Source: an uncultured Candidatus Saccharibacteria bacterium (GTDB lineage: Bacteria; Patescibacteriota; Minisyncoccia; Ryanbacterales; HO2-45-13). From it: 64,000 bases of DNA. The DNA lies in the NCBI GenBank assembly GCA_964354975.1, contig CAYHBS010000001.1, forward strand, positions 56,282-120,281, read 5' to 3'. Positions 1 through 8,685 of this stretch are shown here, piece after piece. The position numbers and the translations under genes are program-made. Position 1 is the first letter of the stretch. Every line of letters begins with the position of its first letter. The notes under the pieces are model-generated. The model worked only from the letters and a program-made list of their open reading frames with translations, was not told where the DNA came from and did no database searches.

Positions 1-379
1 GGGCCCGTCTTGCCTTATGGAGACCGAATTTCTTGCGCTCCACTACGCGCGGATCACGCTTGAGATACCCCGCTTTCTTGAGCGCCGGACGAGTTTCTGC
101 GTCACGCTCAACAAGTGCGCGCGATATTCCAAGACGAATTGCCTCTGCCTGCGCATGCACTCCGCCACCTTTCACGACTGCAGTGATTTTTACCTTACCA
201 AGAATGCCCGCGGAATTGAGCGCATCGGTGATGATATTGCGCGTTTCATCGGTAGGAAAATACTTTTCGTGCGACTTTTTGTTCACCGTAATTTCGCCCT
301 TCGTATCAAACAAGCGCACACGTGCGGTTGCGGCCTTGCGGCGACCAATTGTTTCGATATATGTTGCTTCAGTTGCCAT
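1..379 (-). CDS. rpsI: 30S ribosomal protein S9 (3' end runs off window)
   Basis: Manual translation from ATG at 379: MATEATYIETIGRRKAATARVRL...GGGVHAQAEAIRLGISRAL...RDPRVVERKKFGLHKARRA. Follows rplM. Not in the ORF track. Confidence 0.95.
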   Translation of the reverse strand, partial: MATEATYIETIGRRKAATARVRLFDTKGEITVNKKSHEKYFPTDETRNIITDALNSAGILGKVKITAVVKGGGVHAQAEAIRLGISRALVERDAETRPALKKAGYLKRDPRVVERKKFGLHKARRA

Positions 380-755
380 GTGCTTTGATAATCAGTTGGT
401 GTAATCGCGCCTTTTTTAATTTATTACGGGGAATCATTCCGGAAATTGCATTCATCATTGGTGTCGTTACGTCACGCGCTACCACATCGCGCATTTTTTT
501 GTGAAGCAGTCCACCTGGGTATCCGGTGTAATGTACATACGTTTTTGTGAGTGTTTTCGATCCCGAAAACTTCGCGCCGGCGACGTTAATGATCGTGACT
601 GATACGGGAATGATTTGATTGCGCTCATATGCGGGAGATTTCTTGCCCATTAAAATAGCCGCAGCTTGAGAGGCAACGCGTCCAACGGTCTTGCCCGCCG
701 CATCAATAACAATATCTTTTTTCCCCACTCCTTGTTTGACTGGTTTCTGCTTCAT
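369..755 (-). CDS. rplM: 50S ribosomal protein L13
   Basis: IDAAGKTVGRVAS, HYTGYPGG and GMIPRNKL motifs; start placed at ATG 755. Confidence 0.95.
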   Translation of the reverse strand: MKQKPVKQGVGKKDIVIDAAGKTVGRVASQAAAILMGKKSPAYERNQIIPVSVTIINVAGAKFSGSKTLTKTYVHYTGYPGGLLHKKMRDVVARDVTTPMMNAISGMIPRNKLKKARLHQLIIKAHGN

Positions 756-759
756 ATGA

Positions 760-1104
760 TTATACAAATTCTATAAGCGCTACACGGGCGGCGTCCCCTC
801 CACGATTTCCCAGTTTCGTAATGCGCAAGTATCCGCCACTGCGATGCTCATACCCCTTTGCAACGGTCATCACCCGCGCAGCTGCACGCGCATTGAGCTG
901 CGAGCCTACCCGGCGTCGTGCGGTCAGAGTTTGTTTTTTTGCTGTGGTAATAATTGGCTCAAGGAATTTACGCACTTCTTTTGCGCGCGCCTCCGTTGTT
1001 TTCATCTTTCCATGGATGATGAGCGACGACGCTAATCCTGACAGAAGCGCGCGGCGCTGATCTGTCTCGCGTCCAAATTTTCGCCCCCGTCTCGCGTCTC
1101 GCAT
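760..1104 (-). CDS. rplQ: 50S ribosomal protein L17
   Basis: RKFGRETDQRRALL, KTTEARAKE and RSGGYLRITK motifs; start placed at ATG 1104. Confidence 0.95.
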   Translation of the reverse strand: MRDARRGRKFGRETDQRRALLSGLASSLIIHGKMKTTEARAKEVRKFLEPIITTAKKQTLTARRRVGSQLNARAAARVMTVAKGYEHRSGGYLRITKLGNRGGDAARVALIEFV

Positions 1105-1108
1105 ACTG

Positions 1109-2092
1109 TTAGTTTCGGTGTTCAATGGTAAATCCAAGCGTCCCAATGGCGCGCTGTACCTCGGTCAGCGCTTTCTCGCCAAAACCGTCAAACTCAAGAA
1201 GATCCTCGTGCGTATATTTGAGCAAATCACCAATCGTTGCAACCCCCGCTTTCGAGAGCGCATTAATGGTGCGCGATGACAGCTTCAGATCTTCAATTGG
1301 CGTGCTCATTGCATCGCTTGCTTCTTGGGAAACTGATTTTGCCTCTTCAAGAAACTCGCGGCGCACATCTTCTGCAACAGGGGCATCAATGATGTCCACC
1401 TCGGTATTAATGTGTTCAAGCTGTTTGAGCTGTGCGGTGAGAATGGATACGGCTTTTGTAAAGGCCTCGGAAGGCGCTATGGAACCATCCGTCTGAATGG
1501 TAAAAATAAGCTTGTTGTAGTTGGTTGAGGTCCCAACACGCATATTTTCGATGTCGTAGCGTACTTTTCGTACGGGCGTAAAAATTGCATCAAGTCCGAT
1601 CGTGCCAATCGCAACCTTGTCTTTTGAAAGCATTTCGCGGGGAATATACCCCACACCTGCTTCAATAGTCAGCTCCGCTTGAAATGTGGCTTTTGCGTTT
1701 GTGAGCGTTGCAATATGAAAATCGGGATTGATGACTTCCACGTTTGTCGGGCATTTGATATCGGACGCAAGAATCACACGCTCACCCTTTATATCAATGG
1801 TGACGGTTTGTGGTCCTTCGGTGTGCAATTTAAAGCGTACTTGCTTGAGATTGAGTAGTATTGCAAGCACATCCTCGAGCACCCCATCGATAGTGGAGAA
1901 TTCGTGTTTTGCACCTTCAATGCGCACGTGCGTGACCGCGGCTCCCGGAAGTGACGAGTGGAGCACGCGCTTCAGCGCATTGCCAAGCGTAATGCCGTAT
2001 CCCGGGTGCAACCCTTCGATTTCAATTGTTGCTTCATGCCCGGACTCACTCACAATGCGCGGAGATTTTGGAAGTAAAATTGCGTCCATCAT
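1109..2092 (-). CDS. rpoA: RNA polymerase alpha subunit
   Basis: GYGITLGNALKRVL, HEFSTIDGVLED and alpha-CTD IEDLKLSSRTINAL. Confidence 0.97.
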   Translation of the reverse strand: MMDAILLPKSPRIVSESGHEATIEIEGLHPGYGITLGNALKRVLHSSLPGAAVTHVRIEGAKHEFSTIDGVLEDVLAILLNLKQVRFKLHTEGPQTVTIDIKGERVILASDIKCPTNVEVINPDFHIATLTNAKATFQAELTIEAGVGYIPREMLSKDKVAIGTIGLDAIFTPVRKVRYDIENMRVGTSTNYNKLIFTIQTDGSIAPSEAFTKAVSILTAQLKQLEHINTEVDIIDAPVAEDVRREFLEEAKSVSQEASDAMSTPIEDLKLSSRTINALSKAGVATIGDLLKYTHEDLLEFDGFGEKALTEVQRAIGTLGFTIEHRN

Positions 2093-2095
2093 AAA

Positions 2096-2725
2096 TTAAC
2101 GTGAATAATATTCAATAATTGCTTTCAAGTTGTATGACGTGCCGACATCAGGTACCGATGGGCTCCCCACCACAGTTCCCGTTTGCTTCTCCACGTTCAA
2201 TTCCAACCAAAGCGGTGCTTTATGTTTTTTCAGGAGTGCATCTAAGTGTTTTCCAAGAGCTCCTTCGCGCGCGGTCGTTCCCAGTGTGACCACATCTCCA
2301 TCATCAGCTCGATACGAGGCGATCGTCACGCGCTTGCCGTTCACATACACATGCCCGTGACTTACCATTTGTGCCGCAAGCGAACGCGAGACGGCAAAGC
2401 CAAGACGGAATACAACGTTATCCAGACGGCGTTCGAGCGAGCTGACCAATGTACCAAGTACGTCTGATTTTGATTCCATTGCCTTTTCAACATACGTTTC
2501 AAACTGCCGCTCCATAACACCATAGGCATGCCGCATCTTTTGCTTCTCCTGTAATTGCGCGCCATATTCTGACTGTCGAGGCTTACGACCGCCTTTTTTC
2601 CCACCATGAATACCCGGAGCGTATGGCTTCCGAACAAGTGCGCACTTCGGTGAGAAACAGCGCTCCCCCTTGAGAAAGAGCTTCTCACCGGCACGGCGAC
2701 ATGTTTTACATTTTGTATCAGCCAT
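2096..2725 (-). CDS. rpsD: 30S ribosomal protein S4
   Basis: CKTCRRAGEKLFLKGERC, SEYGAQLQEKQK and LERRLDNVVFRLGF. Confidence 0.97.
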   Translation of the reverse strand: MADTKCKTCRRAGEKLFLKGERCFSPKCALVRKPYAPGIHGGKKGGRKPRQSEYGAQLQEKQKMRHAYGVMERQFETYVEKAMESKSDVLGTLVSSLERRLDNVVFRLGFAVSRSLAAQMVSHGHVYVNGKRVTIASYRADDGDVVTLGTTAREGALGKHLDALLKKHKAPLWLELNVEKQTGTVVGSPSVPDVGTSYNLKAIIEYYSR

Positions 2726-2728
2726 ATG

Positions 2729-3172
2729 TTATACGCGACGTGGTTTCTTAAGTCTTGGGTGACCATGTGGAATTGGTGTTAAATCTTTGATAGCCGGAAT
2801 GGAAAATCCTCTCTGAACGAATACGCGGACAGCGGAATCTCGCCCGGCACCGATACCATTTACTTTCACAAGTACTTCTTTCAGACCCAGTGCTTGCGCA
2901 AATTCTCCTACAATTTCAGCGGCGCGAGATGCAGCATATGGAGTGCCCTTCTTCGATCCGCGAAAACCGAGTGCTCCGGATGACGATTGAAATATCGTGT
3001 TTCCCATATCGTCAGTAAGTGTAATGAGCGTGTTGTTATAGGAAGAGTGTACGTTCACAATGCCCTTATCAAACTTCTTTTTTGTTTGATTGGCCTTGGT
3101 GCGCGCAACCTGAAATAGTGTCTGCTCGTCGGCAGTCTCGGTTGCTTTTTTAATAATACGTTTCTTTCCCAT
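2729..3172 (-). CDS. rpsK: 30S ribosomal protein S11
   Basis: SSYNNT, GFRGSKKGTPYAA and DLTPIPH...RRV. Confidence 0.97.
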   Translation of the reverse strand: MGKKRIIKKATETADEQTLFQVARTKANQTKKKFDKGIVNVHSSYNNTLITLTDDMGNTIFQSSSGALGFRGSKKGTPYAASRAAEIVGEFAQALGLKEVLVKVNGIGAGRDSAVRVFVQRGFSIPAIKDLTPIPHGHPRLKKPRRV

Positions 3173-3180
3173 GCTATTCA

Positions 3181-3303
3181 GTAAATCATTAAATCACGAA
3201 AACACGGGTGTCTCCCGAAAAATAGTGGTAGTTGTGCTCTTGTGATTTCATGATCATACGATCTCGTAATTTTATGTTCTTGTGCTCTTGTGTTTTTATG
3301 ACC
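3181..3303. repeat. Degenerate 8-bp tandem array (consensus about NRTGWTYT) with a short inverted arm
   Basis: Left arm aaatcatt-aaatcacg-aaaacacg; right arm tgtgctct-tgtgattt-catgatca-tacgatct-cgtaattt-tatgttct-tgtgctct-tgtgtttt. Confidence 0.8.
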
Positions 3304-3305
3304 TT

Positions 3306-3692
3306 TTATTTCTTCTCTACTTTGCGCCGCCCCGAACCCATTGTTTTGCGAACATTCCCGCGCACGGTGCGAGTATTCGTTTTAGTGCGCTGACCGCGAA
3401 CCGGAAGGCGTTTCGCGTGACGCGTGCCGCGGTACGTCCCCGCATCCTTCAGGTGCTTGATGTTCATCATGATCTCCTTACGGAGCGCCCCTTCAACGGT
3501 AAGGCTCTTCTCAATAATATCGCGAAGTTTGTTTACTTCGTCTACAGTAAGCTCACGCGCGCGCTTGTTCATATCTACTTTCGCCTCAGCCAAAATTCGG
3601 TACGCCACCGTGCGTCCGATACCATAGATGTAGCAGAGTGAATATGGAATTTTCTTGTCATCGGGGATGTTGACCCCTGCAATACGTGCCAT
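3306..3692 (-). CDS. rpsM: 30S ribosomal protein S13
   Basis: MARIAGVNIP, IYGIGR and LPVRGQRTKTN. Confidence 0.97.
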   Translation of the reverse strand: MARIAGVNIPDDKKIPYSLCYIYGIGRTVAYRILAEAKVDMNKRARELTVDEVNKLRDIIEKSLTVEGALRKEIMMNIKHLKDAGTYRGTRHAKRLPVRGQRTKTNTRTVRGNVRKTMGSGRRKVEKK

Positions 3693-3858
3693 ACAATCAT
3701 CAAATCATTACACCATTAAAACATGAAATCAAAATGCGATGAGACGTCGCGTGCGCCCGCATTATTGTGTGATGATCCCGTTGATTTATTGTTTTCATGT
3801 TTTTGTGATCTCGTGATTTAATGTTCTCGTGATTTTATGTTCTTATGCTCTCGTGATT
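3693..3858. repeat. Degenerate 8-bp tandem arrays in inverted orientation around a hairpin spacer
   Basis: Left arm acaatcat-caaatcat-tacaccat-taaaacat; spacer aatgcg...cgcatt; right arm catgtttt-tgtgatct-cgtgattt-aatgttct-cgtgattt-tatgttct-tatgctct-cgtgatta. Confidence 0.85.
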
Positions 3859-3970
3859 AACCCTGCCTCTGTTTATGTTTTGGCGTAGAACAAATCACTC
3901 GCACGCGTCCTCCACGGCGAATGACTTTGCATTTTGCGCAAATCTTTTTAACTGAAGATCGAACTTTCAT
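3857..3970 (-). CDS. rpmJ: 50S ribosomal protein L36
   Basis: Manual translation [37 protein letters not shown] (37 aa, below the ORF-track cutoff). Confidence 0.97.
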   Translation of the reverse strand: MKVRSSVKKICAKCKVIRRGGRVRVICSTPKHKQRQG

Positions 3971-3973
3971 ATG

Positions 3974-4198
3974 TTACAAACGTTCAATGATTCGCCCGCG
4001 ATAGTTGTCGTACTCCGAAAACTCCACGCGCACACGATCGCCCAGCACGACTTTAATATAGTGCATGCGCATACGCCCAGAGAGATGGCAGAGTACTTCC
4101 CGCGCTCCTTCGTCGAGGCGAACGCGAAAAATGCCTCCCTTCAAGGGCTCTATAACTATGCCCTCGAGTATCTGTTTCCCATCGGCCCCTTTGGTCAT
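3974..4198 (-). CDS. infA: Translation initiation factor IF-1
   Basis: HLSGRMRMHYIKVVLGDRVRVEFSEYD...GRII. Confidence 0.95.
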   Translation of the reverse strand: MTKGADGKQILEGIVIEPLKGGIFRVRLDEGAREVLCHLSGRMRMHYIKVVLGDRVRVEFSEYDNYRGRIIERL

Positions 4199-4256
4199 GC
4201 GATCATCATCATTGAGACTTGCTGAATACTACCAATACTGCTCATTCCCGTCAAGT

Positions 4257-5747
4257 CTAGGGGCTAAGCACTTCTATGTGAATTTTGGAGGTTCGCGAAG
4301 GAATTCTCCGCCACCACGAAGGGGTAAACCGCACATCGGCCGACTCGATAGCGCTATACCCGGAAAAGACGTCTTTAATCGTACTCACTTTGGCCTGTTG
4401 GATGTCTTCGGCAAGCTGATTTGCATCTGGCATGACCGCAATGCGGATGCTACCGGAAAGTTGAATGCTCGCTTGCTTCGCTTCGCTAAAATTGAGCACC
4501 GAAAATCCATCAAATGAGAGCGTGCGTAAACTGTTTTTTTCTGCAGGAAAATCTTCAAATAAAATTTCTTCGAGTATATTATTGAGATCCTCGGTGCGCA
4601 CAAGTACGCCCGATAGTGTGCCCGACATGGATATTTCAAATGATTCTGCTGGTTTTCCTACCACGGGATTTGATTCTGCCGCTCCGAGCGCTGGTGCACC
4701 GAACGGAATAAGTGTAAATCCTTCCGCCGCCGATGATGTGAGTTCGGCGGTAAGCACATCAGTGAGTTGCTGACGCAGCTCCGTAGAAGCGGCAGTGACG
4801 TCTTCAATTGCGACAATGCCGGACTCACCGATAAATCCCCCATCAATCACTCCTACAGATTCTCCATAGAATCCTTGATATTTCGGCGAGCCCTGAAATC
4901 CAGGAATCGTAAACTTCGTCGTGTCCGTGATATTGTATGCGGTTCCTGGTTGATCTGCATACACCGTCACCTCAATGCTTTTCGGAACAATCTTGCCACC
5001 TTCCGTTGTCGCGGCCGGGACAGTGACCGCTTCTTTAATGCGATATATATTCCCTGCCGGTGACATAAATCGCGTGCGTGCGGAGAGCGCCTGCGGGGAT
5101 GTGCCAAAATTATTCACGATCTTTATGCGCCCTGATGCGACGCTACGCACGGGTTGTTTTTTTGTGGCAGTGCGTGTCACAGAAACGGTCTTGTCCGCGC
5201 TCACTTTACTTCCCGCGAGCTCGAACACCGCGGGCTTTTCCAATTTGTACAGCTGTTCACGTGGAGTCACCACTACTACCATTGCACCAAAGGCATTCAT
5301 GGCGAACACGCCCCCAATAACGACCGCAATAAACGCAAGCCCCGTGAGCACTGCTGTGCGTGGACCTTTTCGGCGCGGCGTATTTCCTGCTGCGGTAGAC
5401 GCGGAGGTGGCCGCTGTTGACATCGATGCACTTTGCACTGGTTTGCGTGAAAAATATTGTTCAGCAATCACCTCTTTTTTCTGTGGAGCAGAAAGTGGTG
5501 GATGTGCTTGTTCATTTGGAGGACGCATGGCTCCAACCTGAATTTTTGACGTAGGCACGGCGGTGGGTGGGGGCGTGAGCGATGTGGGCATGGAACGAAG
5601 CGTCTTCGGTGAAGCGCTCGTACTTTTTACGGGGCGCTCAATGGGAGTCACTTGCGCGCGAGGAACAACTCTCTTTGTTGCCGGAGGAGTTTGAGGCGGA
5701 CTTTTTTTGGAGGTGTTTTTATTTGCTGGTCGTTTGATTCCGTCCAT
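4257..5747 (-). CDS. Single-pass membrane protein with Pro-rich N-terminus and baseplate J/gp47-like extracellular domain
   Basis: About 130 aa low-complexity P/T/S/K region, TM helix VLTGLAFIAVVIGGVFAM, then ASGRIKIVN...TRF...VTVP...VTVYADQPGTAYNI...FTIPGF resembling baseplate-J-like segments. Confidence 0.6.
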   Translation of the reverse strand: MDGIKRPANKNTSKKSPPQTPPATKRVVPRAQVTPIERPVKSTSASPKTLRSMPTSLTPPPTAVPTSKIQVGAMRPPNEQAHPPLSAPQKKEVIAEQYFSRKPVQSASMSTAATSASTAAGNTPRRKGPRTAVLTGLAFIAVVIGGVFAMNAFGAMVVVVTPREQLYKLEKPAVFELAGSKVSADKTVSVTRTATKKQPVRSVASGRIKIVNNFGTSPQALSARTRFMSPAGNIYRIKEAVTVPAATTEGGKIVPKSIEVTVYADQPGTAYNITDTTKFTIPGFQGSPKYQGFYGESVGVIDGGFIGESGIVAIEDVTAASTELRQQLTDVLTAELTSSAAEGFTLIPFGAPALGAAESNPVVGKPAESFEISMSGTLSGVLVRTEDLNNILEEILFEDFPAEKNSLRTLSFDGFSVLNFSEAKQASIQLSGSIRIAVMPDANQLAEDIQQAKVSTIKDVFSGYSAIESADVRFTPSWWRRIPSRTSKIHIEVLSP

Positions 5748-5748
5748 A

Positions 5749-6897
5749 TCACAGTGGCTTTCTTAATAGTAATGATAGTATACCAAAATCTCCCGCTCCT
5801 TCGAAGTGTTCATAACCCTTCACTTTGTCCTGGAATGCTTTTGGATCCATCTGATGCATTTGTGGAGGAATAATCATCTTTGTCATAATCTCAAGTGACA
5901 TAATGAGCGCCTGCACATCCGCCAGGAGCGCTCCGCCGCCTACAAGGAAAATATTTAACGATCGCTTACTCCCCGAGGGCATTTCTCGAAACGCCATCTC
6001 AAAATGCGGTTTCCAATTGATGACGATGGTGCGAAGAATTTCATCAATTTTCCCTTCTTCTCCGGGCTCAAGTCGATTGGCAATGTACTTGCGCCAAATG
6101 ACCTCTCCGCTTTCAAAGTCAATTCTGTAGAGACGCGCGATTTCTTCCGTAAGATCCAACACTCCCACGGGGAGTGTATATACATTTTGGATGATTCCTC
6201 CTTCCAAAATAACTATTTCAGAAAGCTCTCCACCAATATCAACAATCACTTGCACACCATGATCCAGAATATTTTCCTTAAACATATCCGCATAGAGTTG
6301 CGGAAACGTGTGAAGCACCGTTCTGACCTCCGTATGAAAACGCAGTGACAAATCCTGAAATCCATGGATGAGCATCTGGTGCGCCGCCGCGTAGCGCATG
6401 GTGAGCGCGAGCTCGGTGCCCGAGCGCCCAACAATATTATTAGTTGGGTACCCATTCAAAAATTGTTCAAGTGGGCGCACTTCAAACACCGCCACCGCAG
6501 ATGGGTGTTTAAAATGTTCAAGAAATGTATCTACGCCGCGCGCTTTGATATTTTCCATGTCATCCGCAGTGATGATGTGTGTTGCATCGAACGCCTGCCG
6601 TACTTTTACCGTCTCTGCAGTATAATAGGGCGCGGTGAGTCCGTAATGAATTTCTGTTGGCGAAAAATCTGGTAATTCTTTTTGAAGCGCCGTAAATAAA
6701 TCCTTAAGTTCATGCATAAGGCGCGATTGAAAATCGCGCACGTTACTGCGCACCGACGGAAGCCGGTGTCTGCGATAAATACCAAGTATATGTGGTATGT
6801 CCGTTTGGGAATATTCAACAGCAGCCATCAAGATGTTGGCTGTTCCTAAATCAATGAGCACCTGTTGGTTTCGCCGTCGGCGAGATATCTGTATCAT
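5749..6897 (-). CDS. FtsA/PilM-like actin-fold ATPase
   Basis: LIDLGTANI (phosphate 1), VIVDIGGELSEI (phosphate 2) and LVGGGA (adenosine) motifs. Confidence 0.7.
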   Translation of the reverse strand: MIQISRRRRNQQVLIDLGTANILMAAVEYSQTDIPHILGIYRRHRLPSVRSNVRDFQSRLMHELKDLFTALQKELPDFSPTEIHYGLTAPYYTAETVKVRQAFDATHIITADDMENIKARGVDTFLEHFKHPSAVAVFEVRPLEQFLNGYPTNNIVGRSGTELALTMRYAAAHQMLIHGFQDLSLRFHTEVRTVLHTFPQLYADMFKENILDHGVQVIVDIGGELSEIVILEGGIIQNVYTLPVGVLDLTEEIARLYRIDFESGEVIWRKYIANRLEPGEEGKIDEILRTIVINWKPHFEMAFREMPSGSKRSLNIFLVGGGALLADVQALIMSLEIMTKMIIPPQMHQMDPKAFQDKVKGYEHFEGAGDFGILSLLLRKPL

Positions 6898-6900
6898 TGG

Positions 6901-8685
6901 TTAATTCACAGATGCACGAATACGCCGGACACCCGCACTGGATGCCTCTTCCTTTAGTATAACGAATTTTCCGATTTCTGACGTGTGTGTAACGTGCGGC
7001 CCTCCGCAGAACTCTTTTGAAAATACATCTCCTGTTTTTTCGTCATGCACCGTATAGACGGAAACAATTTGGGGATATTTATCTCGGAAGAAATACAGCG
7101 CTCCGGAATCTTTTGCCACCTCATATGGCAGCTCTTCCGAAGTCATGATGTAATCATTTGTAACGACGCCGTTCACGAGTCGCTCCACTTCTGCAAGTTC
7201 CTCCGGTGATACTTTGCGGGGAAACGAAAAATCAAATCGCGTGCGCTCGGCGGTAATATCTGACCCCATTTGTTTTACTTCATCCCCCAGCACCTTGCGC
7301 AGTGCCGCCTGCATGAGATGCGTTGCAGTGTGCAAACGAATTACCTTCTGCATTTCCTCCTCATTTGCCGCTTTGAGTTCTCCGGTATTTAATATGAGGC
7401 CGTGTCCGCCGAACTTCTTTTCACTGCCCGCCTTTGATTTTTCTTGATGCTCCTGAAATTCCTTTTTAAATGATTGTTCATCCACATTGATGCCGCGCTC
7501 TGTGGCGAGCTCGCGCGTCAGCTCCATCGGAAATCCATAACTCTGATATAAATCAAACGCATTTTTCCCTGAAATATTTCCCCGCCCGACAATTTTTTCA
7601 AACTCGCTAATGCCGCGCGTGAGCGCCCTGTGAAATTTCTGGTGTTCATCAAATATCACTTTCTGAATATGCGCGATGTCTGCGCGAAGATTCGGGTAAG
7701 GGAGCGCGTAGATGTCAGCGACCGTTGAAATAAGTGTACCGAGCGTTTCATTGGTGATGTGCTGTTGATACATCATCCGGCTCACGCGACGAATTAAACG
7801 ACGGAGCACATATCCGCGCTCCGCGTTAGATGGCAGCACACCATCACCAACCAAAAATACCGACGCGCGGATATGATCGGCAATAATGCGACGCTCTCGT
7901 TCCGGGATCTCACTCACAATATTCATGAGCGGTGCAAATATATCTGTCTCGTAGCTCGAAGAAAATCCTCCCAGTACCATCAGGAGTCGCTCAAATCCCA
8001 TTCCGGTGTCTACGCCGGGTGTTGGTAATTGTTGAAGCTCTTTTCCAGGTGCGCGTGAAAGTAATTCATCTCTGGTGCCAGGATAGATATATTCGTTAAA
8101 CACCAGGTTCCAAATTTCAATTGCGTCTCCTTTTGCGTTTTTCACATATATTTCTGTTGTCGGTCCGCACGGCCCGGAGTTTCCCGTTGGCCCCCAAAAC
8201 ACATCGTCCATTCCTTGTTCGCGAATATCGGTCATACCAAGCGACGTCCAAATATCTCGCGACTCCGTATCCTTTGGTACAATGTCGGAGCCCTCAAAAT
8301 AGGTTACGTACGCGATGGATAACTTGAGTACTTGTGTAATGTAATCATGCGCAAACGTAATCGCTTCTTTTTTGAAATATGCGCCGAAACTGAAATTCCC
8401 CATCATTTCAAAAAAAGTATTGTGCGAGTCGTCTCCCACTTCCTCAATATCAGAGGTACGAAATGATTTTTGTATCGTCGCCGCGGCGAGCGTACCAAAG
8501 TCGCGCAGTGCGTCTGCGTCTCCGGTAAAATACGGCTTGAATTGTTGCATTCCCGCAGTAGTGAGGAGCACCGACGGATCGTCCGGAATCAAACTACTTG
8601 AGGCCACAATAGTGTGTCCTCGCTCTTTCATAAAATTGAGAAATCCATCTCGTACTTCCTGTGATGTCATATATTTATTCTGCAA
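6901..8685 (-). CDS. alaS: Alanine-tRNA ligase, short form
   Basis: DPSVLLTTAGMQQFKPYF, FFEMMGNFSFG, VDTGMGFER, HTATHL and EFCGGPHV; ends right after the editing domain. Confidence 0.97.
   Translation of the reverse strand: MQNKYMTSQEVRDGFLNFMKERGHTIVASSSLIPDDPSVLLTTAGMQQFKPYFTGDADALRDFGTLAAATIQKSFRTSDIEEVGDDSHNTFFEMMGNFSFGAYFKKEAITFAHDYITQVLKLSIAYVTYFEGSDIVPKDTESRDIWTSLGMTDIREQGMDDVFWGPTGNSGPCGPTTEIYVKNAKGDAIEIWNLVFNEYIYPGTRDELLSRAPGKELQQLPTPGVDTGMGFERLLMVLGGFSSSYETDIFAPLMNIVSEIPERERRIIADHIRASVFLVGDGVLPSNAERGYVLRRLIRRVSRMMYQQHITNETLGTLISTVADIYALPYPNLRADIAHIQKVIFDEHQKFHRALTRGISEFEKIVGRGNISGKNAFDLYQSYGFPMELTRELATERGINVDEQSFKKEFQEHQEKSKAGSEKKFGGHGLILNTGELKAANEEEMQKVIRLHTATHLMQAALRKVLGDEVKQMGSDITAERTRFDFSFPRKVSPEELAEVERLVNGVVTNDYIMTSEELPYEVAKDSGALYFFRDKYPQIVSVYTVHDEKTGDVFSKEFCGGPHVTHTSEIGKFVILKEEASSAGVRRIRASVN

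Noticed and set aside
17-3641. Plus-strand ORFs antisense to the ribosomal genes, and similar ORFs throughout the window
   Set aside because: Shadow ORFs opposite well-supported genes, with no motifs or expression signals.
3181-3858. 8-bp arrays as a CRISPR array
   Set aside because: Units are contiguous degenerate 8-mers with no 23-47 bp repeats separated by unique spacers, and there are no cas genes.
4257-5747. Baseplate-like gene as evidence of a prophage or contractile injection system
   Set aside because: No capsid, tail, sheath or integrase genes nearby; the protein is membrane-anchored among housekeeping genes.
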